Assembly (NCBI GenBank): GCA_963772725.1
Contig: CAVYYI010000001.1
Location: 1,184,001-1,248,000 of the forward strand
Origin: an uncultured Phycisphaerales bacterium
Lineage (GTDB): Bacteria > Planctomycetota > Phycisphaerae > Sedimentisphaerales > Anaerobacaceae
DNA: 64,000 nt
Reading direction: 5' to 3'
In this document: piece by piece, positions 50,634 through 60,992 of the stretch
How the letters are laid out: the number at the start of each line of letters is the position of its first letter
How positions within the stretch are numbered: the stretch's first letter is position 1
Made by a program: the position numbers and the translations under genes
Notes under the pieces: model-generated
What the model was told of the DNA's origin: nothing
Seen by the model: only the letters and a program-made list of their open reading frames with translations
Databases searched by the model: none

Positions 50634-53600
50634 TTATTTACCGCGTAAATTGTCATAATGCCTTAGAACTTTTACCGCCGGGCTGTCTGAGCTAAAAATG
50701 GTTTTATCTTTATCCTGTGCCCCGCTGAATGTAGAAAGAATATATTCGACATCCTCGCGATTTATGCCATAGAGAATGAAATAGGCTGCGTCAAGTTCAG
50801 CGATAATTTCTTCCCGTTCATCATCTTTCCACTTATGTACACCCTCTTTAAATCCTGTCGCCTCTGCCAATGGTAACATATCGTTGCTCGTGCAGGTAAG
50901 TTTCAAAACACGCTGGCTAATCCATTTTTCCAGCGTCTGTTTTTTATCCCAAGGACATTTTTCAGAATAAAAATCTGGCGGAAACATAGCAAACTGTTCT
51001 ATCAGGAAGAAATTCAAATTGACATTACCGATTTTCTGTCTGGCTACATAGTCGAGGACAAACGCATTTAAATTTGCCAAAAGGCAACTCTGAAGTCTTG
51101 GGCTTATTTTTTCACCAACACGAATAAGCGGAGCCGAATTTATCACTCCGACAATCGGAATAAACGCCGCTATCATTGTTCGCTGGTTTGTCGGACTCGT
51201 TACATTCTTAAACGCCAATAGCGCAGGCGGTATTGATTCTCCAAGTGTTTTTTCAATAACTTCCTTATCTGACCACCACCGTGGTATCACCGAAAATTCA
51301 GTGTTTTGGTGCTGTACCAAAGAAGTTTCGTCAGGCTGTCCTTGTCTGAACCAGTTTTCCTTGTTAACTATCACACCTGCGGCGCGGTGGTCGTACATCT
51401 GAATCATCTTTGCTTCGTAAAGCGGCAAAAATGTTTTTTTGCCTTTTTTCCAGATATTACCGCTAAGTTTAAAACCATCTTTTTTAAGCTCTTCAGCATA
51501 TTTGAAAAGTTCAGCATCATTGGTCTGATGAAACATTGTAAAAAATCTTATTCCCCATGGGTTTCCATTTTCTTTGCGATTGTTATCCACCAATACAGGG
51601 ACACGCTTGTAAATTGCTTTTGTAATTTCCGCATCTTCACGCGTCCGGAATATCGGGCAGGTTTGTGTATTGGGATTAAGCAGTTTAAAATCTTTTGCTG
51701 AAAGAATTATATGCCGCTTTTTGTCTTTCAATTCCTCCATTTCATGAGCAAAAAATACAAAATCAGATTTTTCAAATTTCTGTTTTGCCCCTCCGAATAA
51801 TAGCACGCAAAATTTGAACCGGCCATCGACATCGGGGAATATCTTCTTGCGGTTCTCAAAATCATAGAGACCAGCAAGTCTTTCCGATTTTGTCAATTCA
51901 CCGAAGAAATCTTTTGTTGTGTGGTCGGTCGAAATTCCTGATGGCACAAGAATTCCTACCTGCCCTGAAGGTGCAACGATATTTTTTGCGAGTTCCGCAA
52001 AGACAGCATAGGTATTTATATCGCCTTTGCCGGTTAATTCATATCGCTTGCATGTACGGATATAATTTAATGTTTTTTCTGCTGAATCTTTAACATCGAG
52101 ATGACGCTGATACAGTTCTGGTTCATCTTTTTCGAGTTTTTCTATAAGCTTTCGCCTTGTGGCAGCACTGACGGCGGCACCAATTTCCGACTTGCCGGCA
52201 GCATCGAAAAATTCACGCTCCTGTACTTTCATTCTTTCCCATGGCGGATTGCCAATAACACAATCAAAGCCGGGATTTGAGCGATTGAAAATATCAGGGA
52301 AAGTTTCCTGCCATTTCATAGCTTTTGGATGTATCTCTGCATCTTCAACCAGACTGTTGCCACATACGATGTTTTTCGACAAATCAGCAAGGGATTTGTT
52401 TTTCTGAGCGGAGCGAATCCAAAGTGCCAATTGCGTTATTTCCACCGCTTCCGGTGATAAATCCACACCAAAAAGATTATCGTGCAGGATAAAATTGGGA
52501 ATTTCTGCCAAGAACTCCGCCGTTACTTTTTGGCTATGGTGCGATATTTGTGTGATTACATCATGATACCGTTCATCCAATAAATAATACGCCTGTATCA
52601 GAAACGCACCGCTTCCGCAGGCTGGGTCAATTATCTTAATTTGCCTAAGTGCATTTAAACAATCAGTCCAAAGTTCAGCCAGTTTTTTGGTCGGCTTGCC
52701 GAATTCAGCATCTACAAGTTTTACATCATAGCGTTTTGCTATTTGGTCAAACCGCTCATCAATTACTTTGTTGATGGTGTTGTTTGTAATAAAGTCTGTA
52801 AATTCGGGCGGGGTATAGTAAATGCCAAAGCGTTTTCGCTCAGCCGATTTTTCCATTTTCGGGAGTTCAGGTTCGGGCTTTGGCTCAAAAAATCCGCTCT
52901 GTGTAATCCGTTCTATATCATTGACGCTGCGCTCGAAGAGATGGCCTAAAATATCGACATTTACCTCATCACGAAAATCATAGCTGCCGATAGTCTTGAA
53001 AAAATCAGTCCAATCATCGATAAGTTTAAGGTCGTCAATATCGGGGTCTTCCCTGAAAAGACCGCCGTTATATGGCGGTACGCCCCATTGAGGATTTCCC
53101 TTGTCGATGCTCTTAAAAAGCTTGAGGAAATTCTGCCATTTGGGGTTGGTAACCTGTTCGAATGCCGATACCTGACTCCATGCTTTATATATTGAATTTT
53201 CTGGTAAAAGGCCTCTATCCTCGCAGAACGCAACAAAGATAATGCGGTCTAAAAGTTTTTGCGAAATTTTAACGGCCTTATCCAAAGGTTTATTTAGAAT
53301 GTTTTTCAAATAAAGTATCAACTGCACGCGATTTTTGTGATATTCCTCGTAGAGTTCATTTCCAACTTCGCGTTGGCGCTGATTGGATTTTTCCAAAAGG
53401 GTTTCGGCACGAGGCCTCTGTCCCAATGTTACGGGGAGCAAGCCGCCTCTTTCAAAGATGTAATAAAATTCGCGGAAGGTTTCTTCGTTTCGCAAATCCT
53501 GAAGGGCGAAATGTTCATACGCGCGTGGTGTATTATCTCTGTGATAAAGTCTAAAGCTCACATAATTGGAGACGATTCCCCAGGGGCACTGAGGCAATTC

Positions 53601-54074
53601 ATTAAGATAATCCCAACATTGACGCACGGGTGTTCTGCCGTTAAATTTATCCCTATCGAGATTGACACTTGGCCCCTTAAGCTCGATGACAGCGGACGGA
53701 TGGCGTTTCAGCCCATGTTCAAATAAGCCGATGGCGGCATCAGCCTCGCCACCGTTGACGGAAAATTTAGGCTGGATGTTCCACTGTTTTTCATTTTCAC
53801 TGAATAACTTATATCCGAGAGCCTCGCCGAAAACCTGTGTGATAAATTCGCCTTCAAGCTCGGTTTCTTTGTGTTTTTCGAGTTTTCCGCTTGATTCCAA
53901 ATCAGCCCACTTAAGTATAATTTCGTGTGCCTTATTATAGGAGTCGCCTTCTAATCGCTTGTCGGTTGAAGCAGATTGGAGATTTCGAGGTAAAAAGAGA
54001 TTACGCCGTCGATGACTTTCACCGTATCGACTTGGGTGTGTTTCAGGAAACAAATATTTACCTTTTGGAGTCAC
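50634..54074 (-). CDS. Fused type IIG/IIL-like restriction endonuclease / N6-adenine methyltransferase
   Basis: ADAAIG..VIELKG nuclease; GIYYTP, IDPACGSGAF, GVDLS, VIGNPPW; LYEAKMI.MYDHR, VTSPTNQRT C-terminal region. Confidence 0.9.
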   Translation of the reverse strand: MTPKGKYLFPETHPSRYGESHRRRNLFLPRNLQSASTDKRLEGDSYNKAHEIILKWADLESSGKLEKHKETELEGEFITQVFGEALGYKLFSENEKQWNIQPKFSVNGGEADAAIGLFEHGLKRHPSAVIELKGPSVNLDRDKFNGRTPVRQCWDYLNELPQCPWGIVSNYVSFRLYHRDNTPRAYEHFALQDLRNEETFREFYYIFERGGLLPVTLGQRPRAETLLEKSNQRQREVGNELYEEYHKNRVQLILYLKNILNKPLDKAVKISQKLLDRIIFVAFCEDRGLLPENSIYKAWSQVSAFEQVTNPKWQNFLKLFKSIDKGNPQWGVPPYNGGLFREDPDIDDLKLIDDWTDFFKTIGSYDFRDEVNVDILGHLFERSVNDIERITQSGFFEPKPEPELPKMEKSAERKRFGIYYTPPEFTDFITNNTINKVIDERFDQIAKRYDVKLVDAEFGKPTKKLAELWTDCLNALRQIKIIDPACGSGAFLIQAYYLLDERYHDVITQISHHSQKVTAEFLAEIPNFILHDNLFGVDLSPEAVEITQLALWIRSAQKNKSLADLSKNIVCGNSLVEDAEIHPKAMKWQETFPDIFNRSNPGFDCVIGNPPWERMKVQEREFFDAAGKSEIGAAVSAATRRKLIEKLEKDEPELYQRHLDVKDSAEKTLNYIRTCKRYELTGKGDINTYAVFAELAKNIVAPSGQVGILVPSGISTDHTTKDFFGELTKSERLAGLYDFENRKKIFPDVDGRFKFCVLLFGGAKQKFEKSDFVFFAHEMEELKDKKRHIILSAKDFKLLNPNTQTCPIFRTREDAEITKAIYKRVPVLVDNNRKENGNPWGIRFFTMFHQTNDAELFKYAEELKKDGFKLSGNIWKKGKKTFLPLYEAKMIQMYDHRAAGVIVNKENWFRQGQPDETSLVQHQNTEFSVIPRWWSDKEVIEKTLGESIPPALLAFKNVTSPTNQRTMIAAFIPIVGVINSAPLIRVGEKISPRLQSCLLANLNAFVLDYVARQKIGNVNLNFFLIEQFAMFPPDFYSEKCPWDKKQTLEKWISQRVLKLTCTSNDMLPLAEATGFKEGVHKWKDDEREEIIAELDAAYFILYGINREDVEYILSTFSGAQDKDKTIFSSDSPAVKVLRHYDNLRGK

Positions 54075-54390
54075 TGTCCGTATTTAACAATCCATTGAAA
54101 AATTATTTGGTTTATTTTGCGGGAAAGGAGAGAAAAAGTCAAGGCGAAAAGAAAGCATTTGGCGGAAAGTCCACCCTTCGCAAATAATATAAAAACCGCG
54201 AGGCAGACCTCGTGGCTAAACCTGACCCACAGCATGTTTCGATAAACTCAGAGCAGGCAGGCGGCGAAGAGTGAATACCCATCCGGCATAGGTCCGGGGG
54301 CTAATTGATGCGGAAAGGAATACGGATGCAGCGACAAATACGGAATGACGCGGCTATGCCCTAAGAGCACAGAGGTATGATTTTGTTTAA

Positions 54391-54531
54391 TCAGTCGCCG
54401 CCGCTGAGAAGGTTTGCAGTAGATTCAGCGGACCATTTAAGGTCGCCGCCTACGCCTGCCACGGTCTGACAGCCTGCCAACCACAGCACCGCGACAACCA
54501 GAAAACCGATTAAAATAATTTTCCTGAACAT
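54391..54531 (-). CDS. Entericidin EcnA/B-like small lipoprotein (46 aa, absent from the ORF track)
   Basis: MFRKIILIGFLVVAVLWLAG-CQTVAGVGGDLKWSAESTANLLSGGD; lipobox LAGC; AGGA RBS. Confidence 0.8.
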   Translation of the reverse strand: MFRKIILIGFLVVAVLWLAGCQTVAGVGGDLKWSAESTANLLSGGD

Positions 54532-54624
54532 TTTGTTAGTTCCTGTTTTATTTACAGTAATATATGTATAATATCGGCCAAAGAGCGGGTTTTACGACAG
54601 TTTATTATTGAAAAACGCTGTAAA

Positions 54625-55395
54625 ATGAAAATTGCCAGCTATAACGTCAATTCGATACGAATGCGTCTGCCGTTAGTGCTTGATTGGCTGAAAGAGGCGC
54701 AGCCTGACGCGCTGTGCGTTCAGGAGACGAAGGTTCAGGACGCCGAATTTCCCGCTGGTGCTTTCGAGCAGAGCGGGTATAAATGTGTTTACAAAGGGCA
54801 GAAAGGTTATAACGGCGTGGCAATTTTCAGCAAAACCGAGCCGAAAAACGTGTCGTTCGGACTTGACGATGAGCCGAAAGACGAGGCCAGATTTATAAAG
54901 GCTGAAATAAACGGCGTAATCGTTGTCAATACTTATGTGCCGCAGGGAAATTCGCCGGAATCAGAAAAATTCCAGTATAAATTAGACTGGTTCAAAAGGC
55001 TGGCGAAGTTCTTTAATAAGCATTTCAAGCCGAGCGACCCTGTTGTCTGGCTCGGCGATTTGAATATCGCTCCTGAGCCGATAGATGTGTACGACCCGAA
55101 AACCCTGCTGGGCCATGTCTGTTTTCATCCGGAGGTTCACAAGGAGCTGCAGGAAGTTATGAAATGGGGCTTTGCGGATGTTTTCAGGATGCACTGCAAA
55201 GAAGCGGGACAATATACTTTCTGGGATTTCAGGCTGCCGAATGTGATCAAAAGGAATCTGGGCTGGCGGATTGACCATATTATGGCAACCAAAGACTTAG
55301 CTGAAAAAAGTACCGCTTGTTATATTGATAAGAATCCCCGAATGGAGGAAAAACCCAGCGACCACACGCCCATCGTCGCCGAATTCAACTGGTAA
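54625..55395 (+). CDS. xth: Exodeoxyribonuclease III
   Basis: SYNVNSIR, QETK, GYNGVAI, YVPQG, GDLNIAP, WRIDH, SDHTP. Confidence 0.95.
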   Translation: MKIASYNVNSIRMRLPLVLDWLKEAQPDALCVQETKVQDAEFPAGAFEQSGYKCVYKGQKGYNGVAIFSKTEPKNVSFGLDDEPKDEARFIKAEINGVIVVNTYVPQGNSPESEKFQYKLDWFKRLAKFFNKHFKPSDPVVWLGDLNIAPEPIDVYDPKTLLGHVCFHPEVHKELQEVMKWGFADVFRMHCKEAGQYTFWDFRLPNVIKRNLGWRIDHIMATKDLAEKSTACYIDKNPRMEEKPSDHTPIVAEFNW

Positions 55396-55416
55396 CTTGA
55401 CGTCGCTGACTGATTT

Positions 55417-55695
55417 TTAATCTCTCGACTTACTCAAATTTATCAATTCTGCCCGGTCACCTTTTATTAACGCTAATTTTTTGGATTTGCTCCAGCGTTT
55501 TATTTGCTGCTCCCGTTTCTCAGCATTTAACCTGTCTTGGAATACCTCTGTATATAAGATTTTCTTGGGTCTGTTATAACTTGTGTAATGACCGCCATTA
55601 CCTGCTTGGTGGTCTTTGAACCGGCGTTCTATATTATTGGTTACCCCTGTGTATAAGGCTTTATTATGGCACTCTAAGATATATACATACCACAT
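55417..55695 (-). CDS. GIY-YIG nuclease family protein (UPF0213-like)
   Basis: WYVYILEC...LYTGVTNNIERRF..H..G.G..YT, AEKREQQIKRWS..KK.ALI. Confidence 0.88.
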   Translation of the reverse strand: MWYVYILECHNKALYTGVTNNIERRFKDHQAGNGGHYTSYNRPKKILYTEVFQDRLNAEKREQQIKRWSKSKKLALIKGDRAELINLSKSRD

Positions 55696-55699
55696 CTTT

Positions 55700-55805
55700 G
55701 TCCCTCGACGCATTCGCCCTTCGGGCTTTACTTGCTCGGGATGGTTCGACGCCACAGATGGTGAGCAAGACAGATGGCTATTTAGCCATCTGTCGCGTCG
55801 AACCA
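55700..55805. repeat. Palindromic elements between tRNA-Gln and the GIY-YIG gene
   Basis: TGGTTCGACGC/GCGTCGAACCA enclosing GACAGATGGCTA-TT-TAGCCATCTGTC; also GCCC-TTCG-GGC. Confidence 0.75.
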
Positions 55806-55876
55806 CTGGGGAACAAGGATTCGGACCTTGACTAACTGATCCAGAGTCAGTTGTGCTACCATTACACTATTCCCCA
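55806..55876 (-). tRNA. tRNA-Gln(CTG), CCA not encoded
   Basis: Acceptor TGGGGAA/TTCCCCA, D-arm GTGT-AATGGTA-GCAC, anticodon arm ACTGA-CTCTGGA-TCAGT, T-arm CAAGG-TCCGAAT-CCTTG. Confidence 0.93.
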
Positions 55877-55929
55877 ACTGACAAATCAGCAGGATAATTT
55901 ACATTCAAAGGTATGATATTGCAAGAAAA

Positions 55930-57180
55930 TTAAAATGAATCCCCAATGGCGAATTCACGCACGCCATCGACGACCCTGCACACATGTACGGCATATTTAT
56001 CCGCATAATCAGGTCTGCTGAGAGGATAGCCGTTATCGACGGCTTCTTTGACCGCATCGACACTGTCCGCTTTAACCAATGCTCCGCTTGCGCCTTTATC
56101 GCCGCCGCCGAGCATTCTCTCGCCGAGAACACCCGGAACCGCTCTAACCAAATCGCACATAGTCTCCAGTTCAGGGCCGGAAATTTTATATTCATCCCGC
56201 AAGCCAATACCATCCTGCCTGAATATCTGCCCGACAGTTTCAATGTCTCCAGCCTTCCACGCGTCAAGCATCTTATAAAATCGCTGCTGAGCGTTGAAGA
56301 TATATTTCAACCGGTCGCACAAATCCGGATACCGTTGCTTGAATTCTTTCATTATCTTTTCATAAAGCTTATTATCGCGTATGTCCGCCAGGCAGGAGAT
56401 TTTGTAATTAGCCTTTTGCAGAATGGAGACGAACTGTTCGCATTCCGTTCTTCTGATTTTGTAGGTTGACTTTTCGAGTCCTGGACGGACGGTGCCGGTA
56501 TCAAGACTTATGATTCTAAAATCGGTCGCGCCCGACCCAAGCGGGACATAATCTATCGAGCATTTCTGCGGATTATAGTGTGTCCCCATACCTTCTTTGG
56601 AAAAAAGAATCATAATCTGGTCGAGCTTGCCGCAGGGGGAACCGATGTAATCGTTTTCGACCGCCTGCGCAAGGTCAACAATTCTGAACTGGTCTTCGAC
56701 TTTGATATTGTTGGCGTCAAGCAGGGACAAAATAAGATTCAGGCTCAAAGATGCAGAGCGGGACATCCCGCCGCCGGGAATATTACCGTAAAGAACCGCG
56801 TCGATTCCGTTTTTCAGTTTGAAGCCTTCACGTCTCAGGATGTATTCAACGCCGTAAGGGAACCTGCCCCAAGTATCAGCGACAGCAGCAGACTTAGGCT
56901 CTGGAACTTTACCGAGGCTGAACTCAATAACACCGTCATCGGGAAAATTGCCGCTGAACAATCGCATTTTACCGTCAGTGTTCGGCTTATATGCCATCCA
57001 GATGAACCTGTCCGTGCCGACACCGAACAATTCTGTGCCGTTATAATCGCCGTGTTCGACCCCCAGGCAAAAACGTGAGGATGTCCTGCGGATTTTTGCG
57101 CCTTTAATACTTATGCCAGACTGCTTAGATAGTTTAACAATGGTATCGGCGGCGCTTTTGTCCTCTGTATTTATACTCAT
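55930..57180 (-). CDS. GHMP-family sugar kinase, divergent galactokinase-like
   Basis: SRFCLGVEHGDYNG, IPGGGMSRSAS, GSPCGKLDQ, GERMLGGGDKG. Confidence 0.8.
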   Translation of the reverse strand: MSINTEDKSAADTIVKLSKQSGISIKGAKIRRTSSRFCLGVEHGDYNGTELFGVGTDRFIWMAYKPNTDGKMRLFSGNFPDDGVIEFSLGKVPEPKSAAVADTWGRFPYGVEYILRREGFKLKNGIDAVLYGNIPGGGMSRSASLSLNLILSLLDANNIKVEDQFRIVDLAQAVENDYIGSPCGKLDQIMILFSKEGMGTHYNPQKCSIDYVPLGSGATDFRIISLDTGTVRPGLEKSTYKIRRTECEQFVSILQKANYKISCLADIRDNKLYEKIMKEFKQRYPDLCDRLKYIFNAQQRFYKMLDAWKAGDIETVGQIFRQDGIGLRDEYKISGPELETMCDLVRAVPGVLGERMLGGGDKGASGALVKADSVDAVKEAVDNGYPLSRPDYADKYAVHVCRVVDGVREFAIGDSF

Positions 57181-57291
57181 TTATATTATCTCCTGCTGTA
57201 AATATACCACCTCTCGATAAATCAGGCAATACTTACAAATAATCGTACTAACACATAACAACACTGATGTCAATAAAGTAATGTCCATCTA

Positions 57292-58519
57292 CAGGGCAAA
57301 CGCATCTAAATTTTATTGTTAATTCAGGTTAGTTCTTGGAATAGCCCGATAACTTTTGTATGGAAACTTATATTATTGCTATACAGGAGTTTAGAATGGA
57401 CAAAACACTGCTGGATTATTTTTCAGACCTGCCTGATCCCCGGGTTGAGCGAACAAAATTGCACAAATTGGAAGATATTTTGGCTATCACAATTTGTGCG
57501 GTCATCTGCGGAGCGGAAGGATGGAATGAAATTGAATTGTTTGGCCAATGCAAACAGCAGTGGCTGGAGAGTTTTTTGGAATTGCCCAACGGCATACCAT
57601 CCCATGACACTTTTGCACGTGTGGTTTCTTCGATAAAGCCGGATGATTTTGAGCAGCGTTTTCAGAGATGGATACAGGCTCTTGCTAAAAACACGGGTGA
57701 AAAAATAATAGCGATTGACGGCAAAACTCTGCGAAGATCGTTTGATACAGCCAACCGCAAGGCGGCGATTCACATGGTTAGTGCATGGGCTTGCGAGAAT
57801 AAAATGGTCTTTGGCCAGGTCGTTACGGACGGCAAGAGCAATGAAATCACCGCTATCCCAAAATTGCTTGAAATGCTGGTTTTAGATGGTTCTGTGGTAA
57901 CTATAGATGCAATGGGTTGTCAGAAGAAGATAGCTGAAAAAATAATCGACGGCAACGGGGACTACGTTTTCAGTTTAAAAGGTAATCATGGCACATTGCA
58001 CGAAGAGGTCAAATTGTTTATGGACGATGCTATTGCCAATAGGGGCAGTTGTGATTACAGTTGTGATACCGATGGCGGTCATGGCCGAGTAGAGACTCGG
58101 AAAATATGGTGCAGTGAGAATGTCCAATGGATGCAGGACCTTAAACAATGGCAGGGCTTGTCGAGCCTGATAGCGGTTGAATCGCAAAGAGTTCAGAGCG
58201 ATAAAACCACCGTTGAAAGGCGTTACTTTATAAGCAGTCTTGCCGGAAAAGACGCCAGAGCGATGGGGCAAATAATTCGAGAACATTGGGGCGTTGAAAA
58301 TAAACTGCACTGGAGTCTTGATGTGAGCTTTGGCGAGGACAACTGCCGTATTCGCAAAGACTTCGGAGCAGAAAATTTTTCTCGGTTGCGTCGGATAGCC
58401 CTGAATCTGCTAAAACAGGAAAAAACCTTGAAACGCGGGATTAAAGCCAAACAGCACAAAGCTGGATGGGATGAGCAATATTTGCTGAAAGTACTACAAA
58501 TTTAGATGCGTTTGCCCTG
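57292..58519 (+). mobile_element. ISAs1-family insertion sequence
   Basis: Perfect 22-bp TIR CAGGGCAAACGCATCTAAATTT; 10-bp TSD TGTCCATCTA at 57282-57291 and 58520-58529. Confidence 0.95.
57396..58505 (+). CDS. ISAs1-family transposase
   Basis: DPR, GIPSHDTF, IAIDGKTLR, KSNEITAIP, IDAMGCQ, LKGN, HGRVETR, HWGVENKLHW.LDV.F.ED. Confidence 0.95.
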   Translation: MDKTLLDYFSDLPDPRVERTKLHKLEDILAITICAVICGAEGWNEIELFGQCKQQWLESFLELPNGIPSHDTFARVVSSIKPDDFEQRFQRWIQALAKNTGEKIIAIDGKTLRRSFDTANRKAAIHMVSAWACENKMVFGQVVTDGKSNEITAIPKLLEMLVLDGSVVTIDAMGCQKKIAEKIIDGNGDYVFSLKGNHGTLHEEVKLFMDDAIANRGSCDYSCDTDGGHGRVETRKIWCSENVQWMQDLKQWQGLSSLIAVESQRVQSDKTTVERRYFISSLAGKDARAMGQIIREHWGVENKLHWSLDVSFGEDNCRIRKDFGAENFSRLRRIALNLLKQEKTLKRGIKAKQHKAGWDEQYLLKVLQI

Positions 58520-58621
58520 TGTCCATCTAACATAAAAAACTGTTTTTTTGTTTTTTTATTGATTTCGAGGACAATAATTATTATAGAATTTTTACCGGAT
58601 TATAAATAGGAGAACGATTAT

Positions 58622-59160
58622 ATGGCTAAAAAAGACATCCATTATACGGCACATTTCGATAAAGTTATTGAAAAACTCCAAGGCGACGGCCTGCTTCTGG
58701 TAACGGCTGGTAAAGACGGTAAGCCTAATGTAATGACTATCGGATGGGGTACTATTGGTGAAATCTGGCACCGGCCGATTTTTATCGTGATGGTGAGACA
58801 TTCGAGGTATACCTTCACTCGGCTTGAAGAGGTAAATGAGTTCACTGTCAATGTTCCCTCAAAGGAACTGGCAAAAGCAACGCATACTGCGGTACTGTTT
58901 CAGCAAGGTATCACGATAAATTCACAGAGATGAATTTAAACGCCGCTGCCGGCAAAAAAGTGAAAGTCCCGATTATTGAACAATGTATTATGCATTATGA
59001 GTGCAGGGTTCTGCATTACAACGAGGTTATTCCTGAAAATCTTGATAGTGCCGTAACAAAAGAAGCGTATCCCAAAGGCGATTTCCACCGTGTCTATTTC
59101 GGTGAGATTTTGGCTTCCTATGCTGATGAAGATATAGAACAGAAATTAAAACGACACTAA
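58622..59160 (+). CDS. Flavin reductase-like family protein (frameshift near 58880)
   Basis: GKPNVMTIGWG, VRHSRYT, EFTVN; C-terminal half ECRV...DFHRVYFGEI in the next frame. Confidence 0.8.
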
Positions 59161-59337
59161 GTCACATTAACAGTATCATTTTCTGGTAAAATATTTTATA
59201 CTAATATAAAATTTATTAAGCATAAAAAGAGTGGAACATTTTTATGTTGAGAAAATGTGCTGCTGTTGGTATTTTGACAGTTGCGTCCCTGTTTCTTTAT
59301 AGTTCAGTGTGATTCGTCAAAAAAGGAGAAAACGAAG

Positions 59338-60384
59338 ATGGGCATTAAAAGGGAGACATTCGGAAAAACTCCCGACGGCAAAAATGCTGACTTATATACC
59401 CTGACCAACAATAAAGGTGTTGAAGTCAGGATAATGACATACGGCGGTACGGTCATTTCTCTTAAAACGCCTGACAAAAACGGCAAATTCGCTGATATTG
59501 TTCTGGGCTGCGATACACTCGATGAATATCTTAAAGGCACGCCGTATTTTGGTTCATTAATAGGCCGCTATGGAAACCGCATCGCAAAAGGCAGATTTAA
59601 ACTCGACGGCGTGGAATATAAACTGGCCACGAATAATGGCGAAAATCACCTTCACGGCGGCATAAAAGGCTTTGATAAAGTCGTCTGGTATGCGCAGGAA
59701 ACAAAAGTCAAAAACGGCGCTGCCCTGAAATTGACATATCTCAGCAAAGATGGCGAAGAAGGATACCCCGGTAATCTCAAATGCACCATTATCTACACAC
59801 TTACAAACGACAACGAGTTGAAAATTCACTATGAGGCGACAACCGATAAAAACACGGTGCTGAACCTCACAAACCACAGCTACTTTAACCTCGGAGGATA
59901 TAATTCCGGCGACATACTCGGACACGAGCTTATGCTCAATGCTGATAATTTTACCCCTGTTGACGCGGGCCTGATACCTACCGGCGAGATTAAATCGGTT
60001 AAAGGAACTCTCATAGACTTCACCAAACCGACACCAATCGGAGAAAGAATCAAACAGGTCGGTGGAAATCCAATTGGCTATGACCACAATTACGTTTTAA
60101 AAAGCTCCAACGGTTCTCTCGCCCTGGCGGCACGGGTCTATGAGCCGAAGACCGGACGTGTTTTGGAAGTTTACACTACCCAGCCCGCTGTTCAGTTCTA
60201 TTCCGGCAACTTTCTCGATGGAACAAATAAAGGAAAGGGCGCGACCTATAATCAATATGACGGATTCTGCCTTGAGACGCAGCACTATCCGGATTCGCCC
60301 AACCAGCCGAAGTTTCCTTCAACAGAGCTTAAACCCGGCGAAAAATATGACCAGTTAACTGTATATAAATTCTCTGTAAAATAA
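59338..60384 (+). CDS. galM: Aldose 1-epimerase (galactose mutarotase)
   Basis: GRYGNRI, NHLHGG, GYPG, NLTNHSYFNL, GYDHN, FCLETQHYPDSPN. Confidence 0.95.
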   Translation: MGIKRETFGKTPDGKNADLYTLTNNKGVEVRIMTYGGTVISLKTPDKNGKFADIVLGCDTLDEYLKGTPYFGSLIGRYGNRIAKGRFKLDGVEYKLATNNGENHLHGGIKGFDKVVWYAQETKVKNGAALKLTYLSKDGEEGYPGNLKCTIIYTLTNDNELKIHYEATTDKNTVLNLTNHSYFNLGGYNSGDILGHELMLNADNFTPVDAGLIPTGEIKSVKGTLIDFTKPTPIGERIKQVGGNPIGYDHNYVLKSSNGSLALAARVYEPKTGRVLEVYTTQPAVQFYSGNFLDGTNKGKGATYNQYDGFCLETQHYPDSPNQPKFPSTELKPGEKYDQLTVYKFSVK

Positions 60385-60422
60385 ATTAAAAATAGTTTAA
60401 ACAGTTTTAGCAGGAGATAAAA

Positions 60423-60980
60423 ATGATAATACCTTTGATTATTTTGGCTGTTGTTGTGGTGCTGATTATCGCGGTAATCGGCATATACAACTCACTGGTT
60501 CAGCTGCGCAACCAGGTCGATAACGCATGGTCGCAGATAGATGTGCAGCTCAAACGCAGGCACGACCTGATTCCGAATCTCGTCGAAACCGCAAAAGGCT
60601 ATATGCAGCACGAGAGAGGCACTTTCGAGGCGATTACGAACGCCCGGAGCCAGGCAATGGGCGCAAAAACTGTCTCTGAGACAGCAAAAGCCGAAGGCGC
60701 TCTTGGTGAGGCGTTGAGCAAATTCATGCTCGTTGTCGAAAATTATCCTGACCTCAAGGCAAATCAGAATTTCCTCGCTGTTCAGGAAGAGCTGTCCAGC
60801 ACAGAAAATAAGATTGCGTTTTCACGCCAGAGTTATAACGACGCTGTACTGTTCTTCAATAACCGGATACAGATGTTTCCCTCGAATATAGTCGCAGGAA
60901 CGTTCAGTTTCGCCAAACGGGACTTCTTTGCGGTTGAAAACGCGGCCGAGCGGGCGGTGCCAAAAGTAAGTTTCAGCTAA
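60423..60980 (+). CDS. lemA: LemA family protein
   Basis: YNSLV..RN, WSQIDVQLKRRHDLIPNLV, ENYPDLKA, ENKIAFSRQ.YN, FPSN. Confidence 0.95.
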   Translation: MIIPLIILAVVVVLIIAVIGIYNSLVQLRNQVDNAWSQIDVQLKRRHDLIPNLVETAKGYMQHERGTFEAITNARSQAMGAKTVSETAKAEGALGEALSKFMLVVENYPDLKANQNFLAVQEELSSTENKIAFSRQSYNDAVLFFNNRIQMFPSNIVAGTFSFAKRDFFAVENAAERAVPKVSFS

Positions 60981-60992
60981 CCGTTTTCAATT

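Noticed and set aside
25222..54074. The two methyltransferase-nuclease genes as part of BREX or DISARM
   Set aside because: Each is stand-alone with its own N-terminal nuclease domain; no pglZ, brxC or drm genes are adjacent.
2556..59160. Frameshifts in lolD, lptD-like, dinD, yqjE-like, hisF, hisH, glmS, the prepilin, gspK and the flavin reductase as programmed frameshifting or mass pseudogenisation
   Set aside because: Scattered single-base indels in essential genes, some in homopolymers, with otherwise intact motifs and no shared slippery signal; most consistent with uncorrected long-read errors.
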